Positions 46,094 to 52,499 of a stretch of DNA of 52,499 nt are shown here, piece after piece. The number at the start of each line of letters is the position of its first letter. Within the stretch, counting starts at the first letter, position 1. The translations under genes were made by a program, and so were the position numbers. The stretch comes from Myxococcota bacterium (GTDB taxonomy: Bacteria; Myxococcota; XYA12-FULL-58-9; JALHOP01). The stretch is from assembly GCA_041288095.1 (NCBI GenBank), contig JBGGMJ010000009.1, positions 1-52,499 on the forward strand, written 5' to 3'. Under the pieces are notes generated by a model that was not told where the DNA came from, ran no database searches, and worked only from the letters and a program-made list of their open reading frames with translations.

Positions 46094-48214
46094 ATGACAG
46101 ACGTGCAACTTGGCGCGACGTCCACCGACGCGGAGACTGACTCCCTATCCGGTGACGACCTCGACGCTCCGGCCCTCAGCGAGAAGAGGGCGCCGAATCT
46201 CGACACCGCCGCGGTGGATTTCGCAAAGCTTCCCGAAACCGCTCCCCGTGCCTTCGAAGACTTCCCGGTGTCCGACGACATCAAGGGTGCTTTGGCGGAC
46301 ATGGGCTACACCTCACCGACGCCGGTTCAATGTGGCGTCGTGACCGATGCCGCCGCCGGCTTGGACCTCGTGGTCCAGTCGAAGACCGGTTCGGGTAAGA
46401 CCAGCGCTTTCGGCATTCCCATCCTGCACCGCATCGTAGCGGGCAGCGGCGCACCCGGGCATCCGCGCGCGCTGGTGGTCGTGCCAACGCGCGAGCTGGC
46501 GCACCAAGTCGCCGCCGAGCTGCGGCAGCTTGCGGCCCGCAAAGGCACGAAGACGCTGGCGGTCTACGGCGGCGTTCCCATGGGCCGGCAAATCGCCGTG
46601 CTCAAGGCGGGCGTCGACATCATCGTCGGCACGCCGGGTCGCTTGCTCGACCACGTGCGTCGCAAGAATCTGTCGCTCTCCGAGCTCGAGACCTTCATCC
46701 TCGACGAAGCCGACGAGATGCTGTCGATGGGGTTCTGGGATGACGTCACCGCCATGCTCGGCATGGCTCCGAAGACGCGCCAGACCATGCTGTTCTCGGC
46801 GACGCTGCCGTACGAAGTCGCCAAGGCGGCCGCGCAGTACTTGCGCGATCCGGTGCGCGTCGACCTCTCGGGCGACAAGCTCTCGCTCGACGGTATCGAG
46901 AACCACGTCTTCCACGTGGTCCCCGAGATGCCGAAGCCGCGCCAGCTGCTGTACGTGCTCGAGCGCGAGCAACCCGAGAGCGCGATCATCTTTTGCAACA
47001 CGCGCAACGAGACCGAGATGATCGCCAAGTTCCTGACCACGTCCGGCTTCATCGCCGAGCCGCTGTCGGGCAACTTGAAGCAGAAAGAGCGCGAGCGCGT
47101 GATGGGCCGCATCAAGGCCAAGGAGCTGCGCTACATGGTCGCGACTGACATCGCGGCCCGCGGCATCGACATCACGGACCTTTCGCACGTCGTTAATTAC
47201 TCGTTACCCGAGTTCACCGAGGTCTTCTTGCACCGCGTCGGCCGCACCGGCCGCATGAGCAAGAAGGGCACCGCGGTCAGCTTGGTCGATGGGATGGGCT
47301 TGGGCACGTTGACCAAGCTCGAGCGGGACTTCGGGATCAAATTCACCACCCAGAAGCTGCCGCCTGAAGAAGAAGCAATCGCCTTACGGAGTAAGCGCAT
47401 CATGAAGGAATTGACCGAGAAGGCGTCAGTCGCCGAGATCGGACAGCACGTTTCCGCGGCCCAAGAGATTCTGGGCAGCGCGACGGCGTCGCAAATCGTT
47501 GCCTATCTGTTGAAGTCGTACTTCAACACCCAAGCGTCGGACGCCGAGCGCCGCAGCCGCAGCGCTCAAGATCGCGAACCGGGACGTGAGCGCGAGCCTG
47601 AACGCGATCGCGGACCTGAACGCGATCGCGGACCGCGTCCCCCGCGTGGCGACCGTCCCGAGCGCAGCAGCGCCAGCAGCAGTGGTGGCAGCGAGCCCCG
47701 CGGTGACCGCGGTAGCGGACCACGTGTGGACGGCCCTGCCTCCGCCGAGGGTGAAGGCGGGCGTCGTCGCCGCCGTCGCCGTCGTGGTCGCGGCCGTGGC
47801 GAGCGCAGTGACAACGGTACGTACATGGAGACGCTCGACGCGGCTGAGCTGCTCGCTCGTGAGCCGGGTGCGTCACCGGCCCCTGCCGCCGATGGCGGCG
47901 AGGGTAGCACCAGCCACGCCAATGGCGTCGCGCCGGTCAATTCCGGCATCCCGGCGATCGACGTGGTCGAAGATGGCTTCAAGCGTATGCGCGTGAATGT
48001 CGGCTTCGATGACGGCTTCAAGGGCAAGGGCGCGGTGGCGAAGAAGATCGCCTCGCTGGCCGGCCTCAACGAAGGCATCGTTCAAGAGGTCGAGGCGCGA
48101 CGCGACCACTCCGTGCTCAAGGCCACTCCCGAGATCGCCGAGCTGGTGCTCGAGCGCGTCGACGGCGCGACCATCGGCAAGAAGGTCGTCGTCATCAATC
48201 TCGCCGGTCAATGA
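46094..48214 (+). CDS. DEAD-box RNA helicase with Arg-rich region and DbpA-like C-terminal domain
   Basis: TGSGKT, PTRELA, TPGRLLDH, DEAD, SAT, ARGID, HRVGRTGR. Confidence 0.96.
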   Translation: MTDVQLGATSTDAETDSLSGDDLDAPALSEKRAPNLDTAAVDFAKLPETAPRAFEDFPVSDDIKGALADMGYTSPTPVQCGVVTDAAAGLDLVVQSKTGSGKTSAFGIPILHRIVAGSGAPGHPRALVVVPTRELAHQVAAELRQLAARKGTKTLAVYGGVPMGRQIAVLKAGVDIIVGTPGRLLDHVRRKNLSLSELETFILDEADEMLSMGFWDDVTAMLGMAPKTRQTMLFSATLPYEVAKAAAQYLRDPVRVDLSGDKLSLDGIENHVFHVVPEMPKPRQLLYVLEREQPESAIIFCNTRNETEMIAKFLTTSGFIAEPLSGNLKQKERERVMGRIKAKELRYMVATDIAARGIDITDLSHVVNYSLPEFTEVFLHRVGRTGRMSKKGTAVSLVDGMGLGTLTKLERDFGIKFTTQKLPPEEEAIALRSKRIMKELTEKASVAEIGQHVSAAQEILGSATASQIVAYLLKSYFNTQASDAERRSRSAQDREPGREREPERDRGPERDRGPRPPRGDRPERSSASSSGGSEPRGDRGSGPRVDGPASAEGEGGRRRRRRRRGRGRGERSDNGTYMETLDAAELLAREPGASPAPAADGGEGSTSHANGVAPVNSGIPAIDVVEDGFKRMRVNVGFDDGFKGKGAVAKKIASLAGLNEGIVQEVEARRDHSVLKATPEIAELVLERVDGATIGKKVVVINLAGQ

Positions 48215-48221
48215 GTCGACG

Positions 48222-48713
48222 ATGATGCGGCTGGCGCTCACACTGGGGTTCGCTCTCGTGGTGAGCGCCGTCGCATCGTCGGCTTCGGCGCAGGTTACGG
48301 CGGCGCGTTTCTCGATCACCATCGACGGCTATGAGCTGGCAGTGGTGTCGAGCGTCAGCAGCCTCGGCTCCTACAGCGAAGTCATCGAAAGCACTTCGTC
48401 GGGTCCCGGTGGCGTGCTGGTCGTCAGGCGTGTGCCCGGCAAGACCCGCGCGCGCGACGTCGTCCTGAAGCGGGCGTTTTCGCCCGACACGACCCTCAAT
48501 GCTTGGCGCGAGGCCGTCGAGCTCGGTGACCTCGCGGCGGCGATCAAGTCGGTGACGCTCACTGGCTACAACACGACCGGCGAGCCCGTAGTTCGCTATC
48601 ACCTCGAAAACGCCTGGCCGAGCACCCTCGAAGTGTTCACCGACCAGACCACCGGCCTCCTGATGGAGACGGTCACGCTGGTCTGCGACCGCATCCAGCG
48701 CGTCTCACCTTAA
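48222..48713 (+). CDS. T4 gp19-like phage tail-tube protein with Sec signal peptide
   Basis: MMRLALTLGFALVVSAVASSASA signal; RFSITIDG, VPGK, VVLKRA, W, RYHLENAWPS, METVTLVCD tube motifs. Confidence 0.85.
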   Translation: MMRLALTLGFALVVSAVASSASAQVTAARFSITIDGYELAVVSSVSSLGSYSEVIESTSSGPGGVLVVRRVPGKTRARDVVLKRAFSPDTTLNAWREAVELGDLAAAIKSVTLTGYNTTGEPVVRYHLENAWPSTLEVFTDQTTGLLMETVTLVCDRIQRVSP

Positions 48714-49249
48714 GGGAAAGCGCGCCGGCAGCCGGTGTGCGTGAGCACCACCGTCTCGCGCAAGCCTTGCGCGGCCGGCGTGACCTCGAGCGCGCTGGGC
48801 CATGCGTTGCTCAAGCTCCAGCGGCCGATGACGCCGAGCTCGTCATCGACGAGAGTCAGCGTCGCATCCTTGGTGGCGGGCTCGCCTTCTTCGATGGCGG
48901 TGCGCCAGCTCGTGAGCGACAGGTCGTAGCTCGCGAGTCGCGTCAGGGTGATGTCCTGGTAGAGCGCTGTGCCGGGCACGACGCCCCCGGCTGTTTCGAC
49001 CAACGCGTTTGCCCCGCCGACGCCGCGCACGAGAGGGAAGACGCCGAGGCTTGCGCCCTCGACCTGCAGGACCCAGTTGATCGCTGACTCCGGTACGCAG
49101 CTGCCGCCGTCACCGTCACACACGCCGCAGACGTCCACGACGCAATCGTCATCACCCGATGGGTCGTCGTCGTGATTCGAGGAACCCCCCGATGAGCCTC
49201 CGCAGGCGCATAGAGCCGTGATGGCGACGGTTATGGCGAGACGGGACAC
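48710..49249 (-). CDS. lipoprotein with Cys-rich motif and divergent gp19-like tail-tube domain
   Basis: TALCAC lipobox, DVCGVCDGDGGSC, then VPG, DITLTR, SWR, RWSLSNAWPS, ETVVLTH. Confidence 0.75.
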   Translation of the reverse strand: MSRLAITVAITALCACGGSSGGSSNHDDDPSGDDDCVVDVCGVCDGDGGSCVPESAINWVLQVEGASLGVFPLVRGVGGANALVETAGGVVPGTALYQDITLTRLASYDLSLTSWRTAIEEGEPATKDATLTLVDDELGVIGRWSLSNAWPSALEVTPAAQGLRETVVLTHTGCRRAFP

Positions 49250-49357
49250 GCAGCCACCATGAACCGCGGTTTCGGCCCGTGCAACCGCTGGTGGTCGAGC
49301 CCGATCTGTCGGGCCCGCGATCTATGTTCGTTCTCGCAACAACGCGAGGTTTGAAAC

Positions 49358-50044
49358 ATGGAACGTCGTCGCAGTCGTGGTGAAGCCGAAATCGAAGCTC
49401 TTCTGGCGAAGCTCCCCCCGGGCAGTGATCGTCACGCTTGCTTGAGCGCGGCGCGTGACTTCAAGGCCTCCTGGGTTGCCCTGGGCGACCGCCTCACCAA
49501 GCTGCGGGAGACGGGCCAGTACGCCCAGTGGGGCTACAAGACCTTCGAGGCCTACGTGCGCAACGAGCTGCGTATGAAGCCCGACACGGCCAACAAGCTG
49601 ACGCGCAGCTACTCCTTCCTGCGCGATCACGAGCCCGAGGCGCTGTCAGCGCCCATCGCCCGCGAGCTGCCGCCCCTCGACGTCGTCGATCTGCTCTCAC
49701 GCGCCCGTGAGAAGGCCAAGGTCAGCGACGAGCAGTTCGACAACATCCGTCACGAAGCCTTCGACGCCGACGAAGGCCCGATGACCCGCTCCGAGGTCAT
49801 GAAGCGCTTCCGCGAGATCGACCCAGACGCGTTCAAGCCGCAGCCCAAGAAGGCCGGCGGTGCGGTTGCTGCTGACGGCAACGTCCGAAAAGCGCTACTG
49901 TTGGCCGAGCGGCTCGAGAGCTTGTTGGTTGCAATTCAAGGCTTGTCGGAAGATGCACAACGTCACGCCCAGTCTGTAACCGTCGAGCTGCGAACCATCT
50001 TCTTGGAAACTCAGCAGCAGCAGCCAGAGGCGAACGCTGCGTAG
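49358..50044 (+). CDS. conserved hypothetical helical protein
   Basis: FKASWVALG...WGYKTFEAYVRNEL motif; typical codon use; upstream of cysS. Confidence 0.75.
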   Translation: MERRRSRGEAEIEALLAKLPPGSDRHACLSAARDFKASWVALGDRLTKLRETGQYAQWGYKTFEAYVRNELRMKPDTANKLTRSYSFLRDHEPEALSAPIARELPPLDVVDLLSRAREKAKVSDEQFDNIRHEAFDADEGPMTRSEVMKRFREIDPDAFKPQPKKAGGAVAADGNVRKALLLAERLESLLVAIQGLSEDAQRHAQSVTVELRTIFLETQQQQPEANAA

Positions 50045-50063
50045 CGCAATGTAACGAGAGCGG

Positions 50064-51521
50064 ATGACGACGACACTTCAGGTCTACAATTCATTCAGTG
50101 GCAAGAAGGAACCGTTCGTCCCGCTCGACCCGGCCCATGTGAAGGTCTACGTCTGCGGTCCCACCGTGTACGACATGGCGCACATCGGCCATGCGCGCTC
50201 GGCGGTCGCGTTCGACGTGGTGGTGCGCTACTTGAAGCGTCGCCACAAGGTCACCTACGCGCGCAACTACACCGATATCGACGACAAGATCATCAAGCGC
50301 GCCAACGAGCTCGGGCAAACACCCGAGCAGGTGAGCTCGCGCTACGTCGTCGAGTACCTGGCCGACATGGACGCGTTGGGTTGTATCCGGCCCACGGTCG
50401 AGCCCAAGGTGTCGACGCATTTGCCGCAGATCATCACGATGATCGGCGAGCTCATCGCCAAGGGTAATGCCTACGCGTCGGGTGGCGACGTTTATTATGC
50501 GGTCGAGAGCTTCGCGGCCTACGGCAAGCTCGCCAAGCGCAACCTCGACGACATGCAGGCTGGAGCGCGCGTCGAGCCGGGCGAGCACAAACGCAATCCA
50601 ATGGACTTCGCCTTGTGGAAGGGCGCAAAGCCCGGCGAACCGCAATGGCAGACACCATGGGGGCCCGGCCGTCCCGGCTGGCACATCGAGTGCTCCGCGA
50701 TGAGCCGCGAGCATCTTGGGATGACCTTCGACATCCACGGTGGCGGCAAAGACCTCACCTTCCCGCACCACGAGAACGAGATCGCCCAGAGCGAAGCGGC
50801 GAACGGCGCGCAGTTCGCCCGTTACTGGCTGCACAACGGCTTCGTGAACATCGACGACGAGAAGATGTCGAAGTCGCTCGGCAACTTCTTCACCGTGCGC
50901 GAGGTGTTGAAGGCGATCGACCCGCAGGCCGTTCGCTGGTTTCTCCTGTCGACGCAGTACCGCTCGCCCATCAACTTCTCCGACGCGGCACTGCGCGAGG
51001 CCGAGCAACGCGTCGTCTACATCTACGGCACCCTCGAGCGCATGCGCTCGGCTTTGTCTTCCATGGCGGACAAGGGCGTCTCCGCGGGTGCCCTGCGTGA
51101 GCCTTCGGTCGCCGGCATCGTCACGCGCTTCGAGCAAGCGATGGACGACGACTTCAACACCGCCAAGGCCCTGGGCGACATCTCCGAGGTCTTCAAGCTG
51201 GTGAACGAGATCCTCGACAAGCCGTCCGACCCCGACATGGACGCACGCACCTTGCGCGCCGCCAGCAGCGGCTTATCGTCAATCGCCGAATGTCTGGGCA
51301 TCTTCGGCGAAGACCCGCGCACCGTCTTGAACCGCATCGAGCAGCGCAAGCAGGGCGAGAAGGGTGTCGACGCCACCGCCATTCAGGCGCTGGTAAACGA
51401 GCGCCTCGAAGCCCGTAAATCCAAGAACTGGAAGCGCGCCGACGAGATCCGCGACGAGCTCGCCCGCCTGGGTATCGCCATCAAGGACTCCGCCACGGGC
51501 ACCACGTGGAACGTGCAGTAG
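50064..51521 (+). CDS. cysS: cysteine--tRNA ligase
   Basis: YVCGPTVYD, HIGH, GWHIECSAM, FPHHENE, KMSKS, DDFNT, ADEIRDEL. Confidence 0.98.
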   Translation: MTTTLQVYNSFSGKKEPFVPLDPAHVKVYVCGPTVYDMAHIGHARSAVAFDVVVRYLKRRHKVTYARNYTDIDDKIIKRANELGQTPEQVSSRYVVEYLADMDALGCIRPTVEPKVSTHLPQIITMIGELIAKGNAYASGGDVYYAVESFAAYGKLAKRNLDDMQAGARVEPGEHKRNPMDFALWKGAKPGEPQWQTPWGPGRPGWHIECSAMSREHLGMTFDIHGGGKDLTFPHHENEIAQSEAANGAQFARYWLHNGFVNIDDEKMSKSLGNFFTVREVLKAIDPQAVRWFLLSTQYRSPINFSDAALREAEQRVVYIYGTLERMRSALSSMADKGVSAGALREPSVAGIVTRFEQAMDDDFNTAKALGDISEVFKLVNEILDKPSDPDMDARTLRAASSGLSSIAECLGIFGEDPRTVLNRIEQRKQGEKGVDATAIQALVNERLEARKSKNWKRADEIRDELARLGIAIKDSATGTTWNVQ

Positions 51522-52003
51522 CTTTCGCCCTCGCGATGTTCTTGCTTGGCGCGGCGCTACCCGCTCGAGCGGACAGCGGCGACTTCGCCTTGGGCCCATT
51601 GATCGGCATCGGGCGCGGCGGCGACAGCGACGAGGGTTTCGCCGAGTTGCGTCTCGAGCTGCGCGCAGACTACGGCCTGTTCCAGTACATGAGCGTCCGC
51701 GCCAGCGGTGGGGTTGGGCTCGGTGTCGCCGACGACGGCATCCCCGAAATCGGCAACGGCTTCGCGCGCGGCCTCACGTCGGCGGGGGTCGTGTTCGCCT
51801 ACGATGTCTGGACCATCGTCCCGGAGCTGTTCCTTTACGGCGGTGGCGGCTTCGGCAGCATCAACGGGTGGCGAGTCGGGGGGCTTGCGGCGCTGCGCAT
51901 GTACTTCAGTCGGACGACCAGCGTGACCTTGTCAGGAGGGTGGGAGAGGGACTGGGCGCTCGACTTGGGGACGTGGCTTCTTGGCTTGGGTGTTTGGCTA
52001 TAG
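51506..52003 (+). CDS. hypothetical exported beta-strand-rich (OMP-like) protein
   Basis: Signal peptide ending ARA; Gly/aromatic amphipathic strands. Start uncertain (51506 or 51536). Confidence 0.65.
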   Translation: MERAVAFALAMFLLGAALPARADSGDFALGPLIGIGRGGDSDEGFAELRLELRADYGLFQYMSVRASGGVGLGVADDGIPEIGNGFARGLTSAGVVFAYDVWTIVPELFLYGGGGFGSINGWRVGGLAALRMYFSRTTSVTLSGGWERDWALDLGTWLLGLGVWL

Positions 52004-52087
52004 GCTTTCGGCTCTCGGCAATCGGTGAGCGGCACTTTCGCGGATCGCCCCTCCTGCGCCTTCCGCTCCTCAGGTTTTGTGGCAAGC

Positions 52088-52117
52088 ACAAAACCCTCCG
52101 GTACCGGCTCCGGAGGG
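52088..52117 (-). terminator. rho-independent terminator-like hairpin
   Basis: Minus strand CCCTCCGG-N8-CCGGAGGG followed by TTTTGT, just after the small ORF at 52135-52236. Confidence 0.5.
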
Positions 52118-52134
52118 GCTGTGGGCGTGGGCCG

Positions 52135-52260
52135 TTAGCGAAAGCGCTCGAGCATCGCGCAGATGTGATCGCATCGGTCGCGGAGCGCTGCGGCTGTGGT
52201 AGGGGCGATCAATCCGAGGGTGTCCAAAAACCTCATGCTTCGCCTACCTCCGCTGCGGCT
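52135..52260 (-). pseudogene. probable remnant of a four-helix-bundle (TIGR02436-like) gene, or a 33-aa small ORF
   Basis: AAAEVGEA, then a frame change, then MRFLDTLGLIAPTTAAALRDRCDHICAMLERFR-stop. Confidence 0.45.
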
Positions 52261-52367
52261 TCGACGTGAGGCCCGCACCCGCGAGGGCGTTAGCCCGGGG
52301 CTTCACGCCGAGGTCGCAGCACGAGGTATCCCAAGGACCGCACCAGCGGTCCGTCCCGCAGGGACGC

Positions 52368-52499
<132 letters not shown>

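Noticed and set aside
47597-47632. 18-nt direct repeat CCTGAACGCGATCGCGGA x2
   Set aside because: Ordinary in-frame duplication in the disordered helicase tail.
48222-49249. Prophage or complete contractile injection system
   Set aside because: No sheath, baseplate, spike, tape-measure, capsid or lysis genes in the window.

Overview
GC-rich bacterial chromosomal segment. The gene content (FHA-sigma54 activator, Hanks kinase with PEGA partner, PP2C-cNMP phosphatase, PilZ proteins, Haliangium-like BMC-T) suggests Myxococcota or a related deltaproteobacterium; this is an inference. In order, it holds: a YprB/MrfB-like RNase H-fold nuclease gene with an in-frame TAG; a MoxR-DUF58-BatABCDE operon headed by an orphan tandem-BMC shell gene; a PilZ/metallophosphoesterase/lipoprotein cluster; an SDR, transporter-spermidine synthase-like, PP2C-cNMP and M48 gene string; an OMP; an FHA-sigma54 activator; tRNA-Leu(CAA); a che operon with a soluble MCP and REC/PilZ outputs; a ZIP-like/DUF318 permease; a GH3 glycosidase; a CheR plus hybrid kinase; a Ca-binding repeat protein; a PEGA/kinase pair; a DEAD-box helicase; cysS; and a terminal 7-nt tandem array. 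The best candidate for an undescribed system is a convergent pair of T4 gp19-like tail-tube genes (48222-49249). One carries a Sec signal peptide and the other a lipoprotein signal plus a Cys-rich motif, and the window has no sheath, baseplate or phage genes. All family calls come from motif recognition by eye; no searches were run.
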